Shown here: positions 47,144-55,179 of the stretch, one piece after another | How positions within the stretch are numbered: position 1 is the stretch's first letter | Layout: each line of letters starts with the position of its first letter | From: Thermoanaerobaculia bacterium | GTDB lineage: Bacteria > Acidobacteriota > Thermoanaerobaculia > UBA5066 > Gp7-AA6 | Direction of reading: 5' to 3' | DNA length: 64,000 nucleotides | NCBI GenBank assembly: GCA_035506175.1 | Contig: DATJPZ010000049.1 | Span: 13,356-77,355, forward strand | Notes under the pieces: generated by a model | What the model saw: only the letters and a program-made list of their open reading frames with translations | What the model was told of the DNA's origin: nothing | The model's database searches: none | Position numbers and translations under genes: made by a program

Positions 47144-48769
47144 ATGAGCACACCAGCGGCTTCGGCCGGATTTCGCGGCTCTCTGTCGGAGACGCCGCTG
47201 CCGCAGGTGCTCCGCCGCATCTTTCTCGAGAGCCTGAAGGGAACGCTCTCCCTCGTCCACGGTGACGAGACCCGCCATCTCTTCTTCGAGAAGGGGGAGC
47301 TCCGCACCGCGACCTCGTCCCGCGAAGGCCAGCGCATCGGCGCGTTCCTGAAGCGCCGCGGCTGGATCACCGACACCGACCTGAACTGGGCTCTCGACAC
47401 GGTGGCCAAGCAGGGGCGCGCGCGGCTCGGCAAGATCCTCGTCGAGCGCGGCCTGGTCTCCCGCACCGTGCTCGACGCCGAGATGCGCCGGCTCGTCGAG
47501 GAGATCGTCTTCTCGACCTTCGCGTGGGACTCGGGCGAGTACCGCTACCAGGCCTCCGGCGGCGTCCTCGACCCGGACGTCGCCCTGACGCTCTCGACGG
47601 CGGCGATCATCGTCGAGGGCATTCGCCGGCTGCCGGAGAGCGAGGCGTTCCGCGAGCGGCTGGGCGACGGGCACCGCGTGCCCATGCTCGCCACCGATCC
47701 GATGTCGCGCTACCAGTACCTGCCGCTGGCCCCGCAGGAGGCGTATCTCCTGTCGCGGATCGACGGGATCCTCGACGTCGACTCGCTCTTGAAGATCGCG
47801 GGCACCTCCCGCGCGGCGATGGCGAAGATCCTCTATGCACTCGTCTCCTGCGGCATCGTCGAATGGAAACAGGACGGCGCCCAGCGTCCCGCCAGCGGCC
47901 GGGGCGGCTTCCACGGGTTGAACGTCGAAGTCTCGGCGGCGCCGGCGGACCGGTCGCCCGGCCACGCCGAGCTCGTCAAGAACACCTATCGCCGGATCGA
48001 CTGGCTGACGCACTACGAGCTGCTCGGCATCGTGCGCGACGCGCCGCCCGAAAAGGTCGCCGAGGCTTATTTCGAGCGCAGCCGGCTCTTCCATCCGGAT
48101 CTGCGGCACCGCGAGGACCTCGCGCGCTTCGAGAAGGAGCTGACGGCGGTATTCGAGCGGATGAAGAAGGCCTACGAGACGCTCTCCGATCCAGACAAGC
48201 GAGCGCTCTACGACCAGAGCCTCGACGCGGCGCCCGCGCCCGTCCTGACGGCCGAGGCCGACCCGGAGATGCGCAAGAAGCTCGCCACCCAGAACTTCCG
48301 CCGGGCACGGCAGCTGATCGAGGACAAGGACTACCACCCGGCCGTCGAAATGCTGCGCGAGGCGATCCGGTTCGTCCCGGACAACCCCGAGTACCGGTAC
48401 GTGCTCGCCCAGGTCGAGTTGAAGAATCCGAACTGGACCGACCAGGGGCTCGCGAACCTCAAGGAAGCCGCTCGTCTCGACAGCCGCCGCGTCGCCTATT
48501 CGCTCGAGGCGGCGCGCGCACTCCTCGAACACAAGCGCCCCCACGAAGCCGAGCCCTTCGCGCGCCGCGCGGTGTCGCTCGATCCGTCGCCGGAGAGCGA
48601 AGAGCTCCTGCAGCGGACGCTCGCCGCGCAGGCGGCTTCACCGATGCCGGCGGTTCCGGCCGAGCCCGGAGCCCCGTTGCCGGCCGGCGAGGCGACGCCG
48701 ACCGGGGAAGCGGCGTCGGCCCCGCAGCCCACCGGCCTTCTCTCCCGGCTCTTCCGGCACCGCGGTTGA
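47144..48769 (+). CDS. DUF4388 - J-domain (DnaJ) - TPR protein
   Basis: N-terminal LPQVLRRIFLESLKGTLSLVHGDETRHLFFEKGEL (DUF4388); J-domain with HPD motif (YELLGIVRDA...FHPDL...AYETLSDPDKRALYD); C-terminal TPR-like. Confidence 0.7.
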   Translation: MSTPAASAGFRGSLSETPLPQVLRRIFLESLKGTLSLVHGDETRHLFFEKGELRTATSSREGQRIGAFLKRRGWITDTDLNWALDTVAKQGRARLGKILVERGLVSRTVLDAEMRRLVEEIVFSTFAWDSGEYRYQASGGVLDPDVALTLSTAAIIVEGIRRLPESEAFRERLGDGHRVPMLATDPMSRYQYLPLAPQEAYLLSRIDGILDVDSLLKIAGTSRAAMAKILYALVSCGIVEWKQDGAQRPASGRGGFHGLNVEVSAAPADRSPGHAELVKNTYRRIDWLTHYELLGIVRDAPPEKVAEAYFERSRLFHPDLRHREDLARFEKELTAVFERMKKAYETLSDPDKRALYDQSLDAAPAPVLTAEADPEMRKKLATQNFRRARQLIEDKDYHPAVEMLREAIRFVPDNPEYRYVLAQVELKNPNWTDQGLANLKEAARLDSRRVAYSLEAARALLEHKRPHEAEPFARRAVSLDPSPESEELLQRTLAAQAASPMPAVPAEPGAPLPAGEATPTGEAASAPQPTGLLSRLFRHRG

Positions 48770-49365
48770 CCCCTCTTCTGACGGGCCTCGGCCTGTCCGC
48801 CGCCGCGGGACTGAACGCCTGGGCGATCCTCCTGCTCTTCAACGGCCTCTTTCTGCTTCTGCCTCAGGAGTTCCCCGGTCCCACGGCGGCGATCCTGTCG
48901 AGCCACTTCGCCGTGACCGCCGCGCTCGTGCTGTTCCTGACGGAGTTCGTCGCCGACAAGATTCCGGTCGTGGACCACCTGTGGAACCTGCTGCAGACCC
49001 TCCTGCGGCCCGTCGTCGGCGCCCTGCTCACGCTGGCGGCCGTACCCGAGACGACGCCTGCCGAGCGCGTCGGTCTCGCGCTCGCGGGCGCCGCCGCGAC
49101 CCTCGCCGCGCACCTCGTGAAGTCGACGACGCGGCTCACCTCCACCGCCGCCACGCGCGGCATGGCGCAGCTCGCCCTGTCCCTGGCCGAGGACGCGCTC
49201 GCGCTCGCTCTGGGCGCTCTCGTTTTCTTCGTGCCGTCGTTTACGTGGATCCTGATATTCGCCCTCGTCTTCCTCCTCGTGCTCGACCGCCGCCGAGTCG
49301 GCCACGCCCTGGGCGTCCTCTTCTTCCGTCTCAAGCATCCGAGGCGTCTTCTGCGGCAGTCGTGA
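48766..49365 (+). CDS. DUF4126 family membrane protein
   Basis: TTGA overlap with the upstream stop; LTPLLTGLGLSAAAGLNAWAILLLFNGL typical DUF4126 N-terminus; 4-5 TM. Confidence 0.6.
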   Translation: MTPLLTGLGLSAAAGLNAWAILLLFNGLFLLLPQEFPGPTAAILSSHFAVTAALVLFLTEFVADKIPVVDHLWNLLQTLLRPVVGALLTLAAVPETTPAERVGLALAGAAATLAAHLVKSTTRLTSTAATRGMAQLALSLAEDALALALGALVFFVPSFTWILIFALVFLLVLDRRRVGHALGVLFFRLKHPRRLLRQS

Positions 49366-49366
49366 C

Positions 49367-49810
49367 GTGCCGTATTTCCTCGACGGCAACAACCTGATCG
49401 GCCTGGTTCGCAAGACGGCGCGCCCGTCGCCGGCCGACCGCCAGGCGCTCGTCGGCGAGATCGCAGACCGGCTGCGGCGGACGCGCGCCCGGGCCACGAT
49501 CTTCTTCGACGGCGGCCCCGGCGAGCGACCGGCCTCGCTCGGCCCCCTCTCGGTGCGCGCCGCCGGCGGCAGCGCCGACGACGCGATCGTGCGCGCCGTG
49601 GAGCAGGCCCCGACACCGGCGGAAGCGATCGTGGTCACCGCCGACCGGGAGCTCTCGGCGCGCGTGCGATCGGCCGGCGGCAAAGTGGTCGCGCCGGAGA
49701 GGTTTTTCGAGCGCTTCGGCGCCGGGGAGGCGCCGGTTGCCGGGCCTGGCGCGGTCGACGTCGAGGAGTGGCTGCGGTACTTCGCGGACGAGAGCAATCG
49801 GGACGCTTGA
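49367..49810 (+). CDS. NYN/YacP-like (PIN-like) domain protein
   Basis: GTG start 1 nt after the DUF4126 stop; YFLDGNNLIG...IFFDGGPG...VVTADREL. Confidence 0.6.
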   Translation: MPYFLDGNNLIGLVRKTARPSPADRQALVGEIADRLRRTRARATIFFDGGPGERPASLGPLSVRAAGGSADDAIVRAVEQAPTPAEAIVVTADRELSARVRSAGGKVVAPERFFERFGAGEAPVAGPGAVDVEEWLRYFADESNRDA

Positions 49811-49915
49811 TGCAGCGGCAGATCATCCAAATCCCGGAGACGGGGGTCGGGGCGCACCGTCGTGAGCCCGGCCTCGACCCCGGCCCCCGCCGCCTTCACC
49901 CCGTGTAGAATGGGG

Positions 49916-50320
49916 GCGGCCCCGAGCGGGCCACGCGATCGCTCCGGTCTCCTTTCAACGAGGAGCCGGAGAGGAAAGTCCGAACTCCACACGGGCAGCA
50001 TGCCGGGTAACGCCCGGTCGCGGCGACGCGAAGGAAAGTGCCACAGAGAACAGACCGCCTTCCGAAAGGACGGCAAGGGTGAAACGGTGCGGTAAGAGCG
50101 CACCGCTCCGCCGGCAACGGCGGGGGCACGGTAAACCCCATGCGGAGCAAGGCCAAATAGGGAGGCAGCGGGCGCCCGTCCCGCCTCACCAAAAGTGAGC
50201 TGTCTCCGGGTCGGCTGCTCGAGCCCGAGGGCGACCTCGGGCCCAGAGGAATGATCGCGACCCCGGCCGGCACAACCGGCCGGGACACGGGATTCGGCTT
50301 ACCGGTCCGCTCGGGGCTTT
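49916..50320 (+). ncRNA. rnpB: RNase P RNA, bacterial type A
   Basis: Universal motifs GAGGAAAGUCCG and AGGGUGAAACGGUGCGGUAAGAGCGCACC, ACAGAACC..CGGCUUACCGG 3' region; P1 pairing 49919-49932 with 50304-50317; TAGAAT -10 at 49906-49911. Confidence 0.85.
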
Positions 50321-50390
50321 TCTGGATCGGTTTCGGGGTTTCCGGGTTTCCGGGACTGGGGTTGCGCTCGAGGACGGCGGTGGAGAGACC

Positions 50391-51323
50391 ATGAGCAGCC
50401 TGACTTGTCCCCCGCCGTTGAAGCGGGGCGCGACCGTCGGCGTGGCGGCGATCTCGGGGCCGGTCGACGAGGGCCGTCTCCAGTCCGGCGTCGCACACCT
50501 CGAGAGGCGCGGCTACCGCGTCGTGCTCGCGCCCAACGTCGGCCTCCGGCGCGGCTTCCTCGCCGGCACCGACGAGGAGCGCGCCGAGGGCTACCGGTCT
50601 CTCCTGCGCGATCCCTCGATTGATGCCATATTCTTCGCGCGCGGCGGCTACGGCGCCTCGCGGGTGCTGTCGCGGCTCGATCCGGCCGAGGCCGCGTCGC
50701 GGCCCCGCATCCACCTCGGCGGGTCTGACCTGACGGCGCTCTTCGCGTTTCTCGCCCGGCGCTGCGGCCTTGTCACCTACTACGGGCCGATGGTCGCGGT
50801 CGAGATGGCCAACGGCGAGGAACTCGACTGGGAGACCGTGCTCGCCGGGAACCCGCCGCCGCCCTATCGGATACCGCCCGCCCACGTGCTCGCGCCCGGC
50901 GCGGGGGAGGGGCCTCTCGTCGGCGGCTGCCTCTCGATCCTCGCCTCACTCTGCGGCACCCCGGACGCGATCGACGGCCGGGGTGCCGTCCTGTTCTGGG
51001 AAGACGTGGGCGAGGACACCTACCGGCTCGACCGAATGTTGACCCAACTGGAGCGGTCAGGTACATTCGATGGACTGCACGCCATGCTCATCGGCTCGAT
51101 TTCGCCCGGCCCGCGCGGCGGCGAGTCTCCTGAGATCGTCGGCGCCTGGCTCCGCGACTACTTCGCGGGAGCGCCGTTCCCGGTGGTCTCCGGGTTTCCG
51201 GCGGGCCACCTGCCCCGTCCCCGGACGATTCCGCTCGGCGCGCCGGTCCGGGTCGACGCGGGCTCCGGCCGGCTCGACTTTGGCGTGGCGACCGGGGCCG
51301 CGGGGGCGCCGTGCCCGGCGTGA
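50391..51323 (+). CDS. ldcA: LD-carboxypeptidase (muramoyltetrapeptide carboxypeptidase, peptidase S66)
   Basis: GGYGASR, nucleophile context GGSDLTAL, FWEDVGE, C-terminal His. Confidence 0.8.
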   Translation: MSSLTCPPPLKRGATVGVAAISGPVDEGRLQSGVAHLERRGYRVVLAPNVGLRRGFLAGTDEERAEGYRSLLRDPSIDAIFFARGGYGASRVLSRLDPAEAASRPRIHLGGSDLTALFAFLARRCGLVTYYGPMVAVEMANGEELDWETVLAGNPPPPYRIPPAHVLAPGAGEGPLVGGCLSILASLCGTPDAIDGRGAVLFWEDVGEDTYRLDRMLTQLERSGTFDGLHAMLIGSISPGPRGGESPEIVGAWLRDYFAGAPFPVVSGFPAGHLPRPRTIPLGAPVRVDAGSGRLDFGVATGAAGAPCPA

Positions 51324-52108
51324 AGGCCGTCTTCAAATCGGGGCCGGGGGGCGGCGGCAGGAATCCCTACGAGAAGTTTCTCGTCAGTCACCTGATGGGG
51401 GAGATCCTCTTTTCGGAAGGCGACATCGGCACCGACATGTACATCATTCAGTCGGGCACGGTGGAGCTGCTCAAGGCGATCGGCGGCGAGACCCGCGTCC
51501 TGTCGACCCTCGAGAAGGGCGACTTCTTCGGCGAGATGAGCGTCCTCGAGGACGTCCCCCGGTCGGCCTCCGCGCGCGCGAAGACCGACGTCGAGCTCGT
51601 GCGCATCAATGGCGCGACGTTCGACGCGATGTTGAAGAGCAACACCGAGATCGCCGTCCGGATGATGCGGAAGCTCTCGCGGCGCCTGCGCGAAGTCACG
51701 GCCATGCTCGAAGACGCCGTCGGCCGCCGGGTCCCCGAAGAAGAGAAGCCCGCCCCGCGCCGCGTCGAGCCAGAGCGCAACGCGTGCCGGCTCGTGTGCG
51801 ACGACCCGTCGGCCGAGTTCTACCTGAACCGGGAGGGCGACACCCTCGTCGGCCGGAGCGACCCCGTCACGGGAATCACCCCCGACGTGGACCTGACGCC
51901 GCTCGACCCGCAGCGCTCGACCTCGCGCCGCCACGCCAAGCTCTACCAGATGAGCGACACGTACTACGTCATGGAAGAGATCGGCGTGATGAACGGAACC
52001 TACGTCAACGGCAACCGGCTGACGACCGGCGTCCCGATTGCCGTGCAGAACGGCGACGTCCTGAAGTTCGGCCTGGTCTCGATGACCTTCCACGCCCCCG
52101 AGAGCTAG
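51311..52108 (+). CDS. Cyclic-nucleotide-binding domain + FHA domain protein
   Basis: GTG start overlapping the ldcA end by 13 nt; cNMP-binding motifs (GDIGTDMYIIQSGTVEL, FGEMSVL, RSASARA); C-terminal FHA (TLVGRSD...SRRHAKL...NGTYVNGNRL...GDVLKFG). Confidence 0.7.
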   Translation: MPGVKAVFKSGPGGGGRNPYEKFLVSHLMGEILFSEGDIGTDMYIIQSGTVELLKAIGGETRVLSTLEKGDFFGEMSVLEDVPRSASARAKTDVELVRINGATFDAMLKSNTEIAVRMMRKLSRRLREVTAMLEDAVGRRVPEEEKPAPRRVEPERNACRLVCDDPSAEFYLNREGDTLVGRSDPVTGITPDVDLTPLDPQRSTSRRHAKLYQMSDTYYVMEEIGVMNGTYVNGNRLTTGVPIAVQNGDVLKFGLVSMTFHAPES

Positions 52109-52177
52109 TTCATCGCCGAGCCCGCGTCCCCTCCGGCCCTCCTGAGTCTGCGCGACCCGGTCTCGAGGATTCCCGGC

Positions 52178-54136
52178 GTGGGCCCCGCGCGCGCCGAGAA
52201 GCTCGCGGCCGAGGGATTCCGGACGATCGGCGACTTCCTGCTCGCGTTGCCGTTCCGGTACGAGGACCGCCGGCGCTTCGCGACGATCGCCAGCCTCGAA
52301 TGGGACCGTCCGGCGACGGTCCTCGTGACCTTCCGGGGCGTGCGGTCGGTGCGGATGCGCCGCGGGCTGCTGCGCGTCGAGGCGCTCGCCGACGACGGCA
52401 CCGGGGCGGTCCGCGTCGTCTGGCACAACCGGTATCCATCCTTCGCGAAGGCGCTCGACGGCGCGCGGGCCGCGCTCTACGGCGCTCCGACGGCGTCGTC
52501 CAGGGGCGAGATGCGGATCGAGAACCCCGAGACCGAGTTCATCGCGGCGGGCGAGGAGGCGGACCCCGTCCACTCGGGGCGCGTCGTCGGCGTCTACCAT
52601 CGGGCGGCCGACGTCGGTACACGGCTCTGGCGCAGCCTCGTGCGGAGAACGCTCGACCGCCTGAGCCCGGGCTTCGCCAGCGCGGCGGCCGCCGCTCCCG
52701 CAATCCGCTCGGCGCTCGAGGAGGCGCACTTCCCGTCCTCGGAAGAGGCGGCGGGGGCCGCCCGGCGGCTGCTGGCGCAGGAGGAGCTCCTCGTCCTGGC
52801 CTCCGGCATCGAGGAGAAGCGGGCGCGCCTCCATGCGCGCCGCGGGATCCGGCTCGAAGCCAGCGACGCGTTGCGCCAGCGCACGCGCGAGGCCCTGCCG
52901 TTTTCGCTCACGGGCGCCCAGCGGCGCGCCGTGCGCGAGATCGCGGCCGACCTCGCCTCGGGACGCGCCATGGCCCGGCTCCTCCAGGGCGACGTCGGGT
53001 CGGGCAAGACGGTCGTGGCGGGACTCGCCCTGATGCTGGCCGCGGGCAACCGCGTCCAGGGGGCGCTCATGGCGCCCACCGAGATCCTCGCCGAGCAGCA
53101 CGCCGAGAGCCTCGCGTCGTGGCTGACCGGGGCCGGCGTGCGCCTGGCACTCCTGACCGGGCGCGTGCGCGGCGCCGCGCGCCGCCGCCTGCTCGAGGAG
53201 CTCGCCTCGGGACGAATCGACGTCCTCGTCGGCACGCACGCGCTCGCGGAGGCGCCGGTGACCTTCCGGCGGCTCGGCCTCGTGGTCGTGGACGAGCAGC
53301 ACCGCTTCGGCGTGGCGCACCGCGCGCGCCTGTTCCGGAAGGGCGACGCGCCCCACGTCCTCGTCATGACCGCGACGCCGATTCCCCGGTCCCTCGCGTG
53401 GGCGATCTACGGCGAGCTCGACGTCTCCGTCCTCGACGAAAAGCCCCCCGGGCGCGGCGAGATCGTCACGCGGGTGCGCGACGAGGAAGGGCGGGCGAAG
53501 GTCTACGCGTTCGCCGCCGAGCGGGTCGCGGCCGGCGAGCGGGTTTACGTCGTCGTCCCGGCAATCGAGGAGGGGGAACGCGAGGTGGCGGCCACGCGCG
53601 CGACGGCGCGGCGGCTCGCGGAGGCCCTCCCCGGCGTCCGCGTCGAGGTTCTCCACGGCCGGATGCCGGCGCCCGACCGCACCACCGTGCTGCGGGACTT
53701 CGCCAGCGGCCGCGCCCCGGTCCTCGTGTCGACGACGGTCGTCGAGGTCGGGGTGGACGTGCCCGAGGCGACGCTCATGGTCGTCGAAAACGCCGAGGTG
53801 TTCGGGCTCGCCCAGCTCCACCAGCTCCGCGGCCGCGTCGGCCGGAGCACGCGCGCATCCTGGTGCGCGCTGATCGCGGGGCCCGGGGCGACGCCGGAGG
53901 CCCGCCAGCGCCTCGCCGTCCTCGAGCAGACGTCGGACGGCTTCGCGATCGCCGAGCGCGACCTCGAGGCGCGAGGTCCGGGCGACCTGCTCGGCAGCCG
54001 CCAGTCCGGCCTGCCGGCAATGCGCGTGGCGGATCCCGTTCGGGACCTCGCGGCCCTCGGGGAGGCGCGGCGGCGGGTGGCGGCCCTTCGCGAGGCGGGA
54101 CAGGCGGTGCGGAGCGACCTGTTCGGGTATCCGTAG
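52178..54136 (+). CDS. recG: ATP-dependent DNA helicase RecG
   Basis: GVGPARAEKLAAEGFRTIGDFLLALPFRYEDR wedge region, Walker A GDVGSGKT, DEQHRFGV, QLRGRVGR; GTG start with AGGA 7 nt upstream. Confidence 0.92.
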   Translation: MGPARAEKLAAEGFRTIGDFLLALPFRYEDRRRFATIASLEWDRPATVLVTFRGVRSVRMRRGLLRVEALADDGTGAVRVVWHNRYPSFAKALDGARAALYGAPTASSRGEMRIENPETEFIAAGEEADPVHSGRVVGVYHRAADVGTRLWRSLVRRTLDRLSPGFASAAAAAPAIRSALEEAHFPSSEEAAGAARRLLAQEELLVLASGIEEKRARLHARRGIRLEASDALRQRTREALPFSLTGAQRRAVREIAADLASGRAMARLLQGDVGSGKTVVAGLALMLAAGNRVQGALMAPTEILAEQHAESLASWLTGAGVRLALLTGRVRGAARRRLLEELASGRIDVLVGTHALAEAPVTFRRLGLVVVDEQHRFGVAHRARLFRKGDAPHVLVMTATPIPRSLAWAIYGELDVSVLDEKPPGRGEIVTRVRDEEGRAKVYAFAAERVAAGERVYVVVPAIEEGEREVAATRATARRLAEALPGVRVEVLHGRMPAPDRTTVLRDFASGRAPVLVSTTVVEVGVDVPEATLMVVENAEVFGLAQLHQLRGRVGRSTRASWCALIAGPGATPEARQRLAVLEQTSDGFAIAERDLEARGPGDLLGSRQSGLPAMRVADPVRDLAALGEARRRVAALREAGQAVRSDLFGYP

Positions 54137-54192
54137 AATGCGCGTCGACGCCGCGGGGTCGGCGTGATAGAAGCCCGTGGATCGGAGGAGCA

Positions 54193-55176
54193 ATGAAGGT
54201 TCTCGTCACCGGCGGCACCGGTTTCGTCGGAACCCACCTCGTCAACCGCCTGTTGCGTGCCGGACACGCGGTCGCCGTGCTGGCGCGCGACCCGCGCCGG
54301 ACGCGGAACCGCTACAACCGCGAGGTCGAGACCGCCGAAGGCGACGTGCTCGACCGCGCCTCGCTCGAGGCGGCGGCGCACGGGCGCGACGCGGTCGTGC
54401 ACCTGGTCGGGATCATCAACGAGAAGGGCGCCCAGACGTTCGACCGGATGCACCGCGAGGCCACCGAGAACGCCGTCGCCGCGGCCGAGGCGGCCGGCGT
54501 GCGCCGCTACCTCCACATGAGCGCGATGGGAAGCGCCGAAGACTCCCCCTCCGAGTACGGCCGCACCAAGGCGGCGGGGGAGCGGGCGGTTCGGGCCTCG
54601 AAGCTCGACTGGACCATCTTCCGCCCCTCGATCGTCTTCGGGCCGGGAGACGGGTTCGTGTCGCTGCTGGCCCCGATCGTCCGGCACAACCCGGGGTTCA
54701 TTCCGGTCATCGGCGACGGCCGGACGAGGTTCCAGCCGGTCTCCGTCAGGGACGTCGCCCGGGTCTTCGCGGACGCGCTCGCCAGACCCGAGACGGTCCG
54801 GCACACGTTCGAGGTGGGGGGCCCCGAGGTGTTCACCCTCGACGCGATCTACCGCGAGATCGCCGCCGCGGTCGGGAAGCCGGGAAAGCCCCTCGTGCAT
54901 TTTCCCCTCTGGTACGGCCGGCTTCTCGCGGCCGCCTTCGAACGGCTCGCGCGGTACGGGCTGTTCGACGACCCGCCCCTGACGCGCGACCAGCTCAAGA
55001 GCCTCGGGCGCGATAACGTTGCCGACGTGTCGGCGACCGTCGCCGCCTTCGGCGGAGATTGGAAAACCTTCCGCCCGGGAATTCGCGAATACCTCTCCAC
55101 CGGGCTCCACGACCCGCGTTCCGGGACGGGCGAAGAGGTGGCGCTGGAACCCCGGGCGATCCTGCGGATCCGCTAG
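54193..55176 (+). CDS. NAD(P)-dependent epimerase/dehydratase-family (NmrA/complex-I NDUFA9-like SDR) protein
   Basis: GGAGGAG SD; MKVLVTGGTGFVGTHLV Rossmann N-terminus; YGRTK. Confidence 0.75.
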   Translation: MKVLVTGGTGFVGTHLVNRLLRAGHAVAVLARDPRRTRNRYNREVETAEGDVLDRASLEAAAHGRDAVVHLVGIINEKGAQTFDRMHREATENAVAAAEAAGVRRYLHMSAMGSAEDSPSEYGRTKAAGERAVRASKLDWTIFRPSIVFGPGDGFVSLLAPIVRHNPGFIPVIGDGRTRFQPVSVRDVARVFADALARPETVRHTFEVGGPEVFTLDAIYREIAAAVGKPGKPLVHFPLWYGRLLAAAFERLARYGLFDDPPLTRDQLKSLGRDNVADVSATVAAFGGDWKTFRPGIREYLSTGLHDPRSGTGEEVALEPRAILRIR

Positions 55177-55179
55177 AGG

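Noticed and set aside
49862-50885. ORFs 49862..50095 (+) and 49896..50885 (-) over the RNase P RNA
   Set aside because: The region carries all universal RNase P RNA motifs, so these ORFs are coincidental.
51158-54193. 1011-aa minus ORF and 51070..55176 + ORF across recG
   Set aside because: Antisense or out-of-frame. Only 54193..55176 of the + ORF (the SDR gene, with its own GGAGGAG SD) is real.
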